A stretch of DNA of 48,672 nt from Bdellovibrionota bacterium (GTDB lineage Bacteria; Bdellovibrionota_C; UBA2361; CAKMMH01): assembly GCA_050952645.1 (NCBI GenBank), contig JBMNLI010000002.1, positions 1 to 48,672 on the forward strand, written 5' to 3'. A program made the position numbers and the translations under genes. Shown one piece after another: positions 1-10,084 of this stretch. The notes below the pieces were generated by a model. The model was not told the DNA's origin. It did no database searches and saw only the letters and a program-made list of their open reading frames with translations. Position 1 is the first letter of the stretch, and every line of letters begins with the position of its first letter.

Positions 1-1716
1 TTTGATGCTGAACTATACAAGACTACAAAGGAGCTAATCGCTACATCGTATACTCAATCTATAGTAGGGATAAATCAAAAACATATTATTCAAATGGCTA
101 TAAATTTACTTTTAGCCGTTTTGGATAGGTTTAGGTTTGATAAAACTAAAAAACAAAGATATTCCTAGAGATAATATTAAGAAATTAGCTAAAAGACCGT
201 TTTCTACCTCTTTATTTATAAGCACTATTATAGTGGGCGTATATTTTGGGACGGATTTACCGAGTTTTATAAAAATTATTTTTACTAGTGATAGTTTCCG
301 TATGTGGTGCAAGAGCTGTGTTTTGTTTTATAGAGAGAGCAATCTAGTAGGGTATTTTTAAATATTTTAGTTATCGCATTTTTGTTATCTAGATTATTCG
401 TTTTAGTAAATATGCCTGAGCCTATAGTTAGGGTGTATATAGCGAGTGTGACGCTACTTATTTTATTACTATGTATGAAATATAAAAAGACGGAAACGTT
501 TTGTGGAAAAGGCATAGTTTTAAATACGGTTATGCTTTTAACTTTTTCTTCTTTTGTAGCTGAATTAGCAGGGTTTTCACAATTATCATTAAAAATTTTC
601 GATTCATCTGTAAGATGTCTATTTAGTGGAATTTTAATTTGGCTTGCAGGAGTTTTAATAAAGGAAGGGACTTTCGTTATATTAAACTATTCTTGGCTTT
701 CAAGATTTAAAGTATGTAAAAATTATATATATTATAATTTTAAAAAAAATAACGATTTTAATAAATGTGCTAGTATCGTTTTTTATTTTATGTGCGGCGC
801 TAGTAGCTTGGGGTGTTTATGGTTCGATGAATAGGGCTGTCGTAAGCGTGCGAAGTTTAGGTTTTTCAGTTCAAGGCAATGCTATTACGGTTGGAGACGT
901 TTTTCTTTCAATCTTTTTATTTTATTTCATATCATTTATTTCTTGGGTGATACAAAGAGTGTTAGATGAGGAGGTTTATCCTAGGAAGAAAGTTCAATAT
1001 GGAGTTCAAAGTTCGATAAATAGGATAATACAATATACATTTATATGTATCGGGGCTTTAGTGGCACTGTCGGTTTTAGGAATTAATTTAAAAAATTTAG
1101 CGGTAGTATTTGGAGTTCTAGGTGTAGGAATAGGTTTTGGGCTTCAAAATATTGTGAATAATTTTGCTAGTGGTTTAATTTTACTTTTTGAGCGACCTAT
1201 AAAAGAAGGGGATGTTGTAGAGATAGGCGGACAGCAAGGGACTGTAAGAAAGATAGGTCTCAGAGCGACGATTATCGAGTTATTTGATAAGACTGAGGTT
1301 ATAGTGCCAAATAGTGAGATAGCATCGACAAAAGTTACTAATTTAACGCTATCGAATAGAAATATAAGGAGTGCGATAGATGTAGGGAGTCGCATTATGG
1401 TTCAGATATGAATAAGGTTATAGAGGTGCTTTTAGATATAGTAAAAGATAAAGAGGGTATTTATAAAGATCCTAAACCTATAGTAGCTTTTAGTGGATTT
1501 GGAGGTAGTTCGTTTAATTTTACTTTAAGATTTTGGTCGTTATTCGATGATGCGTTTAATTTGAAAAATAAAATAAGTAAGGAAATTTACGAAAGGTTTT
1601 CTAAAGAAGGGATAGAGGTACCTTTTAATATGATGAATGTAAATTTAGTAGGTTTAAAAGAAGAGATTGCAAATTTTTTAGAGCATAAAGTTAATAAGGA
1701 TAAAAACAATAAATAA
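1..1716 (+). pseudogene. Large MscS-family mechanosensitive channel, 5'-truncated by the window and broken by several single-base frameshifts (probably assembly errors)
   Basis: Fragments 137-361, 382-834, 767-1411 and 1408-1716 are collinear. They carry MscS motifs GVLGVGIGFGLQNIVNNFASGLILLFERPIKEGD and IVPNS. Removing one G and one T near 1385-1397 restores DVGVAYGSDMNKV across the 1411/1408 junction. Confidence 0.85.
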
Positions 1717-1745
1717 AAATAATAAATAAAAAAGGGTAAATCATT

Positions 1746-2623
1746 ATGAATAAAACTGTAAAAGATAATTTTAAAGAGTTAGAGAGTTTTTTAGAAAATA
1801 TTTTTTTAGAAAATATAAATGTAAATTTTTTTGTAAAAAATAAAGAAAGCGAGCAAGGAAATGCGTCTCAAAGTAAGATAAAAGAGCCTAATATAAAAGA
1901 GAATGATATAAAAGAGGCCAATATAAAAGAGATTGAAATAAAAGAAAAGTGTGATGATAGTATATTTAGAACTCTTAAAGACTTAGAGTTTGAGTATATA
2001 AAAACGAATTATGAGCGTAATTTTTTGTATGATTTTAAAGATGAGACTTGTAAAAAGTCTCATATTATTTGTAGAGTTAGAAGAGAAAGAAGTTTAGAAG
2101 ATGGAGGACAAAATATTATTTTAACATTAAAAAAGAGAGTTGAAACTACGGATAATTTTAAAGAGTATATAGAGTTTGAGTCTAATATTTTAGAAGATGA
2201 TTTAGAGAAGTTAGAAGATGTGTTTAATAAGTCCTTTATTAAGTATTTCGTTTGTGTATGAAAAGTTTAGGCATATTTTTTCTATTAAAGATATAGATGT
2301 AGAGTTATGTGTAGATGTGCTACCTTTAATAGGGCGTTTTTATAGAAATTGAAGGAAAAAGGGAAGAGATAGAAAAGGCAAAGAAGCTTTTAACCCTTAC
2401 AGACAAGGTTTCGCAAAAATCTAATTATATAAGTTTATTAAAATCTCATAAAAATGGAGATGGGAAAGAGTATCGTTTTTCGCAGCATGAGGCTTTTTTA
2501 GTCGCAGAAAAGGAGATAATGCTTATTACGAATTTTTGGCATAGTTGTTCTAAAGGCTCTTGTGCGTCTTGCAGTTCTTGTGGCATCGTCTGCAACTCTT
2601 GTGATAGTCTAAAGGAAAATTAA
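1746..2623 (+). pseudogene. CYTH-domain (class IV adenylate cyclase/triphosphatase-like) protein, frameshifted near 2250 and 2340
   Basis: ORF 1746-2261 has the ExExK motif (EIEIK), then ERNFLYD, RVRR, LTLK and EFES. Other frames continue with YEKFRHIF...CVDVLPLIGRF and IEIEG to TAA at 2621-2623. Confidence 0.75.
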
Positions 2624-2629
2624 CTTTTA

Positions 2630-2780
2630 GGAGTTTGCATAAAATAAATTACTTTTAAAAAAATTATAATTTAGAAAAAAATTAGTTAGTTTTTTATTAG
2701 TTTTTTATCAAGGTCAATTTTTTTTAAGCTAGCTCTTAAAAAAAATAACTTTTCTAATCTATTTAGAACGCAAAAGAGCT
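2630..2780 (+). mobile_element. Degenerate partial copy (right ~140 bp) of the ISL3-type MITE at 39623-39846
   Basis: Shares TTTGCATAAAATAAATTACTTT, TAAGCTA and TTTTCTAA plus a decayed end (AGAACGCAAAAGAGC vs AAAACATGAAGAACC) with 39709-39846. Confidence 0.7.
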
Positions 2781-2866
2781 TTTTTAAAAAGATAAGGATT
2801 AAAAGATTTTGTATAGGTGATTAAATAGTATTAGTAGTTAAATTATAAAATTGGTAAAAGAAGGTT

Positions 2867-3616
2867 ATGGCAAGTGGAGATAGATTTTTAAGAACGGAAT
2901 TATTACTAGGCAAAGATAATTTAGAAAAACTAAGGAGGGCAAAAGTTGCCGTTATAGGGCTAGGGGCTGTTGGGTCTTTTGTTTGTGAGGCATTAGTAAG
3001 AAGTGGAGTAGGTAGCTTATGTTTAGTAGACTTTGATAAGATTGCTATTTCTAATATAAATAGGAATTTGCTTGCAACGGAGGGGAGTTTAAAAAAGTAT
3101 AAGGTAGATGTTGCCAAGGAAAGGTATTTAGAGATAAATCCCGAAGTAAATATTGAGACTTATAATGCGTTTATGTCTAAGGATGAGTTTAAGATTATTT
3201 TAGAAAGCAAGCCTAATGTGATAATAGATGCGATAGATGCGGTAAATCCTAAGGTTCAAGTATTAGAGGAGGCTTGCAAGACGGACATTCCTATAATTTC
3301 TTCTATGGGGGCAGCGCTTAAAGTCGACCCATCTTTAGTAAGGGTTGGGAGTATTTTTGAAACTAAGAATTGCACTCTTGCTAAGTGGGTAAGGAAGCAT
3401 TTAAGAAAGAGGGGGATTGATAGGGATATTTTATGTGTATATTCTAAGGAGCTTCCTAATTGCGAGGCAATTTTTGATACTGATTTTCTTAATGAAGAAA
3501 GGGAGTATGATAGGGGGCGTGAGCGTCAAACGATGGGAAGCATGATTGTAATTCCAGGAATTTTTGGTCTTACCATAGCCAAGCTTGCAATAGATAAGAT
3601 TTTAGCTGAAGTTTAA
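2867..3616 (+). CDS. tcdA: ThiF family tRNA threonylcarbamoyladenosine dehydratase
   Basis: Motifs VIGLGAVGS, LVDFD, SNINR, IIDAID, SSMGAA, then LAKWVRKHLRK...VYSKE...GS...PGIFG. Confidence 0.85.
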   Translation: MASGDRFLRTELLLGKDNLEKLRRAKVAVIGLGAVGSFVCEALVRSGVGSLCLVDFDKIAISNINRNLLATEGSLKKYKVDVAKERYLEINPEVNIETYNAFMSKDEFKIILESKPNVIIDAIDAVNPKVQVLEEACKTDIPIISSMGAALKVDPSLVRVGSIFETKNCTLAKWVRKHLRKRGIDRDILCVYSKELPNCEAIFDTDFLNEEREYDRGRERQTMGSMIVIPGIFGLTIAKLAIDKILAEV

Positions 3617-3649
3617 GGAGCGAACTTAAACTATTTTTTAGTCCGCCCC
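3617..3649 (-). terminator. Probable terminator hairpin of the 3675-6890 gene
   Basis: Minus strand GGGGCGGACT...AGTTCGCTCC pairs fully only with G-U on the minus strand. It lies between convergent genes and has a weak U tail. Confidence 0.5.
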
Positions 3650-3674
3650 TACTTGTAAGAAAGATAATTAAGAA

Positions 3675-6600
3675 TTAGTTATTTGGGTTAGCTTCTCCTT
3701 TTGCTTGTCCTTCTTTTTCTTGTTCTCCTCCTTTTTCTTGTCCTTCTGCTTGTTCTTCTGTATCTTGTTCTTGGGGTTGATTAGTGGTTGAACCTCCTAG
3801 GAGAGGAATTATAGGAGAAAAGAAAAGGTCGTTGTTTGATTCATTATTTGCCACGCGCATAAGAATTCCTCTTGCATTTTCAATTTTCTTTTGGATCTCA
3901 TTCCCATTCTCATTGTTCTTTTTCTTATTAAGATATTCTCTATATGTTTCTAATATTTCTTCAATGGTAATTTTATGTTCAAAAGCTTCTTGTAAGATAC
4001 GGTCGCGTGAAGCGTTAAAGGCCTTTTTAACTTTATCTATTTCAGAATTTATTAGTTGTAGCATATCTTCGTTAAATGAGTTCTCGGCGTTATCAAATAC
4101 GTTTCTTATTTGGTTTAATTGCCAATTCCAAGTTCCAGCATCTATATAAGCTTTTACAGCTAATTTTACAGCTAATTTTTTAATATCATTAGTTTTTATT
4201 TTTTCGAGAGCATTAATAATTGTATCAGATAAATTATTACGCCTTATATATCCACTAAATAAAGTTGGAATTTCATCTGCTTTAAACGAATCATCATCAA
4301 AGACAACTTTCTCTTTTATAAACGCAAGTGCTGTATTAATAGCACCACCTTGTTTTTTCCCATTATAAATACCTAGCTGAGCTAAGGTTCCAATAATTTT
4401 TAGCTCACCTTTATCTTTACCTGGAAGAATAGAGTCTTTTATTTCAATAATTGCACTTTCTTTTGTAGAAAGAATAGTTGGATTATTAAAAAATTTGCAA
4501 TTTACAATTTCTAAAGTTTCACCTGTAAAAAATATTGATGAGTTTCCTCCCACATTACATTCTTGTATTATTAAATTTTTAGCAAAATAAGGGCTTAACG
4601 TCATCAAGCCATTTTTAATTTTTAAATTTACTATAGCAGATATTTTTGCTTTACCATTTAATAAATTTAAAAACTCAGGGTTGTTAAGTAAATCTTCAAT
4701 ACTTCCGTTATAGTCCCTTATTAAGGTTTCTATATCGGTTTTTAAATTATCAGCGTCATTCGAGAAAAAATCTAATACGATACGTTTTTGTTTATTTGCA
4801 TGTTCAGCACTTAGATCATTTTTCAAGATATATATTTGTTTTGGGTTGTTACTAAAATCTACTGATAAGTTATTTTCTTTAGGCAGTTTTTTTTCGTTTA
4901 TTCTTTCTTCTGCTCCTTTTCCTGCGTTTTCAAGAATTCCTGTAGTAGTGTTGCCTTCTCCAGCGCCTTCTTGCTCTACATCTTGTTTAGCGTCGCCTTC
5001 TTTAGCGCCTTCTACGTTACCACCTTCTATTGTGGGCTTATCATTTGCAGTCGGTTCTTTTGTTTCCTTAGGTTGTTCTGCACTAGCGTTGCCTTCTTCA
5101 GCGCCTTCTTGCTCTACATCTTGTTTAGCGTCTGCATTTACTATTTTAAAATCGGCACTTAAATAATCTTTTATAGTCTCTAAGATAAGGTCATTTTCTT
5201 TAATTCCTAAATTTAAGACACCTGATATTTGTGCTTTGTCATTTAATAAACTCAAAAACTCATAGTTGCTAAGTAAATCTTCAATACTTCCATTATGTTT
5301 TTTTAACAGGTTTTTTAACAAGTTTTTTATATCGGCTTTAAAATCATCAGTAGTATCTGTGTTAATACTTAATTTAATAGCTTTTATACTTTTTTCGTTT
5401 TGAGGGTCTCTCATATAGAGATATATTATTTGATCATTTTCTTTACTAAAATCTACTGATATTCTACTTTCTGTTGTTTTTTCTTCTTCCCCCTTATCTT
5501 TATTGCCTAGAGTACTAAGGTCATTAAGATCTACATTCCCATTTAATGGTTCCGTTGTGTTCGTTGTGTCTGTAGGGTCATCTTTTCCTTCTTCCTCTCT
5601 TTGCTTTCTTGCATTTTCTAGAAGCTCTTCTAGCCCCTCAGGCAAAATAACTTTTTCTTGCTCCGTCTTTTCTTGAGCCTTCTTTTCAAGCTCTTTATTA
5701 AATTTTTTAATAGTTTCTTTAATATCATTATTATTAAATTTAGCAGCATTTTTAGCAATTGCAACCTTAGTATTTTTTAGTGTTTCAATAATCTTATCGC
5801 TAAGGTTATCTAGCTTATTTATTATTTTTTCATTATTATTATTATTTTCAGATTTTAAATTTTTCTTAAAATCTTTTTTTTCTGTTTCAACTTGCTTTTT
5901 TAAATTATCGACTTGTTTGAAAGTCGTTGCAACTCTAATTTTCTCTTCTTTTTCAGAGATCATGCAAGCTTTTAAAACTTCGTTATCTTTTAAATCTTTG
6001 TATTTTTCATTATCTGAATTTCTTTTAGCTTCAACTTGAGCTTTTTCGATCTCTTTTTTTAAGTTTTTTGAATTTATAAGACTACCAGCATATCTTCGTA
6101 TAACTTTATCTCCTTGAATTTCATTTTCTTCACTATCTAAAAATTGAATTTTATTTTTTATATTGGCAAGGCTAGCATCGAATAAGCCACCATGACATTT
6201 TCCGTATTCAGGGTCTAAATAATTGCAATGTTTGAAAATTACTTCTTTTAAAGTTCCCGTTATCTTAAATGCATTTTCTCTAGCTTTAATTCTATCATTT
6301 CCTTTAATTTTTGGAGATATCCTTTGTGGAAGTGTAGAATGCTCTACTATAAGAGAAGCATTTCCATTTGTTAAGTGAGCCGTTACGCCTTCTTTAAGTA
6401 TGCAATTACTTATAGTTAATTCAGTACCCTTAAAAAATATTGTTGAATTTGGTTCGAAAATGCATTCTTTTAAAGTTAAATTATCATCAAAGTATGGATG
6501 TAAAAATCCTTTTTTTTGGTTTAATCCTAATCTTTCAATATTAGAAATCTTAGCACCATGCTCTTCAAGTATATTTAAAAAAGCACTATCTTTTAATAGA

Positions 6601-6890
6601 TCTGCTACGCTATTTACATTCGTAATTAGGGTGTCTAAGGCACTCTTAAGATCTTCTTTATTTTCGATACCTTCTGTATTAAAAGAAATTGCTCCATAAC
6701 TTTTTTTGTTCCTTAGTGTTATAGTATTTTTGTTAGATTCGACATTGATATTACCTTCTGTATTTTTCTTTCTAAAGAAAAGACGTCTAAACCCTCGATT
6801 TTCTTTAGCAGTTTTATTACCTTGACCTTGTCTTTCATCTTGTGCATCTTGTGTTTTAGCTTTTCCCTTATCATGTGATTGTTCTGTCAT
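3675..6890 (-). CDS. Large orphan protein (~1070 aa) with three copies of an unrecognised domain, a coiled coil and acidic linkers
   Basis: Long ORF (track 3675-6956). ATG at 6890 is preferred because it follows AAAGG. Repeated segments such as NGSIEDLL..EFL..LN.KA.IS recur. Confidence 0.85.
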   Translation of the reverse strand: MTEQSHDKGKAKTQDAQDERQGQGNKTAKENRGFRRLFFRKKNTEGNINVESNKNTITLRNKKSYGAISFNTEGIENKEDLKSALDTLITNVNSVADLLKDSAFLNILEEHGAKISNIERLGLNQKKGFLHPYFDDNLTLKECIFEPNSTIFFKGTELTISNCILKEGVTAHLTNGNASLIVEHSTLPQRISPKIKGNDRIKARENAFKITGTLKEVIFKHCNYLDPEYGKCHGGLFDASLANIKNKIQFLDSEENEIQGDKVIRRYAGSLINSKNLKKEIEKAQVEAKRNSDNEKYKDLKDNEVLKACMISEKEEKIRVATTFKQVDNLKKQVETEKKDFKKNLKSENNNNNEKIINKLDNLSDKIIETLKNTKVAIAKNAAKFNNNDIKETIKKFNKELEKKAQEKTEQEKVILPEGLEELLENARKQREEEGKDDPTDTTNTTEPLNGNVDLNDLSTLGNKDKGEEEKTTESRISVDFSKENDQIIYLYMRDPQNEKSIKAIKLSINTDTTDDFKADIKNLLKNLLKKHNGSIEDLLSNYEFLSLLNDKAQISGVLNLGIKENDLILETIKDYLSADFKIVNADAKQDVEQEGAEEGNASAEQPKETKEPTANDKPTIEGGNVEGAKEGDAKQDVEQEGAGEGNTTTGILENAGKGAEERINEKKLPKENNLSVDFSNNPKQIYILKNDLSAEHANKQKRIVLDFFSNDADNLKTDIETLIRDYNGSIEDLLNNPEFLNLLNGKAKISAIVNLKIKNGLMTLSPYFAKNLIIQECNVGGNSSIFFTGETLEIVNCKFFNNPTILSTKESAIIEIKDSILPGKDKGELKIIGTLAQLGIYNGKKQGGAINTALAFIKEKVVFDDDSFKADEIPTLFSGYIRRNNLSDTIINALEKIKTNDIKKLAVKLAVKAYIDAGTWNWQLNQIRNVFDNAENSFNEDMLQLINSEIDKVKKAFNASRDRILQEAFEHKITIEEILETYREYLNKKKNNENGNEIQKKIENARGILMRVANNESNNDLFFSPIIPLLGGSTTNQPQEQDTEEQAEGQEKGGEQEKEGQAKGEANPNN
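4950..5132. repeat. 45-bp in-frame direct repeat (4950-4994 and 5088-5132, one mismatch)
   Basis: Encodes DAKQDVEQEGA(E/G)EGN twice, offset 138 bp. Confidence 0.9.
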
Positions 6891-7319
6891 AGTTAAAGTG
6901 CCTTTTAAAAATTTTAAATTTCTAAAATAATAAACAAAAAATATATAAATATACAATTAAGTTTTCTATCGGTTAAAACTCTATAAAAATTAACTTTGTT
7001 TAAGCATAAGAAAAATCGTCTTTAGTGGTTTAATGGTAAATGCTATAAATTAAGATAGATAATAGAGTTTTTTACCATATTTTTTTGTCTAAAGTTAATT
7101 TTAAATGCTTAAAGTATTACTAGTTTTATAAATAAACGTCAATACTAGTAAAATATAGTTTTAAAACAATACTTATATTTTACAAAATATAAAAATATAA
7201 AGCAAAAAAATGTTCGCCTTAAGTTAATATATTTTTTAGCCATTAAGCCTATTTACATGTTAGATGAGAAAAAGGCGTAAAATATTCAAGATTTTCTTAA
7301 AAATTTTCTGTAAAATATT

Positions 7320-7348
7320 TTACTAACATAGCTAAATTATAGTATAAT
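7320..7348 (+). promoter_or_regulatory. Putative sigma70 promoter of the 7479 gene
   Basis: TTACTA-17 nt-TATAAT (TATAAT at 7343-7348), predicted TSS ~7355. Confidence 0.5.
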
Positions 7349-7478
7349 CTTAAAAAGTTATTGAGGTTTTATGCCTTTATTATATTCTTGGCATATCGTT
7401 TTTAAACAAATTCTAAAATTTAAATGATATATGCATTTGAAAATTAGAGATAGAAATTAAAAATAGAGGTTTATTACA

Positions 7479-8318
7479 ATGAGAGATATAAGCGATTGGG
7501 AATGGGAAAATCAAGGACGCACAAATAAACCCCAACCTAAAGCTCCTAAAAAACAAAGGAAGCCTAAAATTAAAAGGGGAAAAAGTTGTTTCAAACGGCT
7601 TTTTTCCTTTATTTGGTGGTTAGTGCGTTTTACATTTCGCTTGTTTTTTCGGGTCGCTACTTTACTAGGATACGTAGCTCTTGCTTGTCTATTAGGATAT
7701 ATTTTCTATCAGGCAAATAGCGAGATTCAGGCCGAAGCACAGTTCACAGCACAGGGCGTTGCAGTTTCTACTAACCTAGAAAATGCTGAGGTGGGCAGCA
7801 AGTCGCGAGACGAGGCTAATAAAACTTCAACTCCTAGCGTATCCGAAGTTTCTGAGGCAATAGGGGACGAGGTTCAAAACGATAAAGTCCAAGCGAAAGC
7901 AGAGAAAGTTGGTGTAGTTAATGCGACGCTTGATATAGCTCAAAAATCGCTAGTTGGTTACAAAGAGTTTGGTGGTTTTTGTAAGGCTATCTATCAAAAT
8001 ACGAAAGTAAAGGTAAAGGATTTTATAATTTCGCTTAAAAGACTAAGATTAGTAACAGAAGAGCCAAAAGTCGACAAACAGGAATCTTTTACTAAAAAAG
8101 TCGACGCTCAAACTGAAGAACCTAATACTAACGTGAACGATGCTCTCGAAACGGTAGCGGACGCTAAGAGCAAAGAAGACAATCTTTCTAGTAGCGATAC
8201 TAGCGAAACTAGCAAAGATGATGACCTTAGGCAAAGCTTAAAAAAGGCTATAAAGGAAAATCCAAGGCTTTTAGAAAGCAAAGAGATTGTGCAACTGCTT
8301 CTAGAGACTGAAGAATAA
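7479..8318 (+). CDS. Orphan membrane-anchored protein (279 aa): basic N-terminus, hydrophobic segment, low-complexity C-terminal region
   Basis: ORF with a GAGG SD. Hydrophobic stretch VATLLGYVALACLLGYIFY. No family recognised. Confidence 0.8.
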   Translation: MRDISDWEWENQGRTNKPQPKAPKKQRKPKIKRGKSCFKRLFSFIWWLVRFTFRLFFRVATLLGYVALACLLGYIFYQANSEIQAEAQFTAQGVAVSTNLENAEVGSKSRDEANKTSTPSVSEVSEAIGDEVQNDKVQAKAEKVGVVNATLDIAQKSLVGYKEFGGFCKAIYQNTKVKVKDFIISLKRLRLVTEEPKVDKQESFTKKVDAQTEEPNTNVNDALETVADAKSKEDNLSSSDTSETSKDDDLRQSLKKAIKENPRLLESKEIVQLLLETEE

Positions 8319-8454
8319 ACCGCTTGAGAGGGGTTCTTTTGTAAGGAGAGATGCACTTTCTGCTGATTTAGTTTTTAGTCGCTCTCTATGCGATCATTTC
8401 GTTTTTAGGCTAACCTTAAGCTAAAGAGGTTTTTTGTTAGACCAAATTCAAATT

Positions 8455-8496
8455 TAGGGAGAAGGGGAGTCTTTTCCCCCTTTTCCCTAGTTTTTT
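8455..8496 (+). terminator. Rho-independent terminator
   Basis: TAGGGAGAAGGGG...CCCCTTTTCCCTA followed by GTTTTTT. Confidence 0.75.
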
Positions 8497-8605
8497 ATCT
8501 TATCTTCTTTCCCTATCTTCTATCTATCTTCTACCTTTTCTTCTATCTTTTCTTTATTCTTCTTTCTTTTTTTTCTTGCCCTTTCTTACTCTTTCTTTTC
8601 CTTTC

Positions 8606-10084
8606 TTACTCTTTCTTCTTAATCTTTCCTAGGTCTAGAATGTTTTTTTTCTTTTTATTATTCTTAATAATTACTGGGGAGTTTAAAGGGCAAATAGATG
8701 ATAGTTGCCAAATACGCCAAATTAAATCGTCGTCTAGTCTTAACTCCGCTTCTAAAACCTCTTTCCCATCGAACGATTTTAAAGGTCTAGATAGCGTCAT
8801 GCCACTACTTAACGAAGAAATTTTAATACGCTCTTCGCCATCTTTAGCGACGTATTTTTTAGTATCCTCCGCCTCTTTTAATAGCACACTATTGTTCGCA
8901 ACCGAATCGGTAACGTAAAACTTATGACTAGTGCTAAGAAGAGATTCGGTTAATATTTTAAGTATGCAACAAACCGCTGCTGGGTGAAAATTTCTTATAA
9001 ATTTATCGGTTTTAAACGTATTAAATATCCTATACCCAGCACGTGGATTCCAACAAGGACCTTGCCAACAAGCCTTGTCTACCATATCCGCTAGTAAAAT
9101 AGTAGAAGCGATTATCGACATTTCACTATTGTCTATAATCTCACCATTTAATAAATCCGCCATACATAATAGTATATCGCTAATCTCCATAATATCATGG
9201 TTTATCATAAGCTGGTTGTTAGCTTCAAGAATCTTCTTAGCGAAAGCTTCCTTGTAATTTAAAGATTGATCGCCTAGCCAATCTTGCTTTAATAAATTGT
9301 TTCCCTCATTTACTAAAGTTAGAGCATAAAGAAAACTAGCAGACCTTGCTAACTCCTTAAGCTCATCTGAAATAGCTAAATTTACTAACACTGAGTTAGT
9401 TAAAAATGCCACCCTGTGTAAATGCCTTTTCCCCCAATAACTAGCATTTTCACAAAGCTCGTTTGCAAGCATGCCTAAATTACCGCTACTATCTGGTAAA
9501 TACATATTGCCAAGCTCTGTGCAATCTTTTAGTGGCATCGTATATGCTTGCCCTTGCAAGTCTTTTTCATCTATTCCGAGAGATAAAAAATGATTAAAAA
9601 TTAAATCTAATGCCGTATTTTTATTTTCATCAAAACTGCCATCACCACTTTTTGCTAACTCTTCACGCCTTTTCTTAGCATTTTTTTGGCGAGATAAAAG
9701 CCTTTCTAAAAATTTTAATCCTACTATGATATCATCGTTCTTATACGGATAGCCTAATGTGGCACTCATTAAAAAACTTCTATCGAGCACGGCTTCATAA
9801 AGATACGCCTCTTTTCCTATAACTAAAATAGGATACTCAAATAAATTATCTAGCTCTATAAGAGTTCTAATATTAGAAATGCACTGCTTCTCATTGCTTC
9901 CACAAAGTGCAATAAGAAAATGATCGACATTTGGTTCAGATAAGATTTGTTCTAATTCATTTACATCATTAGTTATCTGGCTATCATAGCCAAGTTTTAA
10001 AAGAAGATTTCTTAAGCTTATAGAAAATTCTTGCGCTAGTTCTACGATAATAATTTTTTTATTTTGTAGTGCCGTTGTAGTCAT
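8606..10084 (-). CDS. Degenerate receiver-like plus HD-GYP-like signalling protein
   Basis: N-terminal KIIIVE...LLKLGY...YPILVIG receiver-like pattern. Central HLHRVA...ASFLY...ILLADMVD is HD-like without the intact HD. C-terminal ISSLSSGMTLSRPL...DGKEVL module is seen in HD-GYP-associated proteins. Confidence 0.55.
   Translation of the reverse strand: MTTTALQNKKIIIVELAQEFSISLRNLLLKLGYDSQITNDVNELEQILSEPNVDHFLIALCGSNEKQCISNIRTLIELDNLFEYPILVIGKEAYLYEAVLDRSFLMSATLGYPYKNDDIIVGLKFLERLLSRQKNAKKRREELAKSGDGSFDENKNTALDLIFNHFLSLGIDEKDLQGQAYTMPLKDCTELGNMYLPDSSGNLGMLANELCENASYWGKRHLHRVAFLTNSVLVNLAISDELKELARSASFLYALTLVNEGNNLLKQDWLGDQSLNYKEAFAKKILEANNQLMINHDIMEISDILLCMADLLNGEIIDNSEMSIIASTILLADMVDKACWQGPCWNPRAGYRIFNTFKTDKFIRNFHPAAVCCILKILTESLLSTSHKFYVTDSVANNSVLLKEAEDTKKYVAKDGEERIKISSLSSGMTLSRPLKSFDGKEVLEAELRLDDDLIWRIWQLSSICPLNSPVIIKNNKKKKNILDLGKIKKKE

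Noticed and set aside
1380..1416. Programmed frameshift or natural split in MscS
   Set aside because: No slippery heptamer. It is one of many nearby indels best explained by consensus error.
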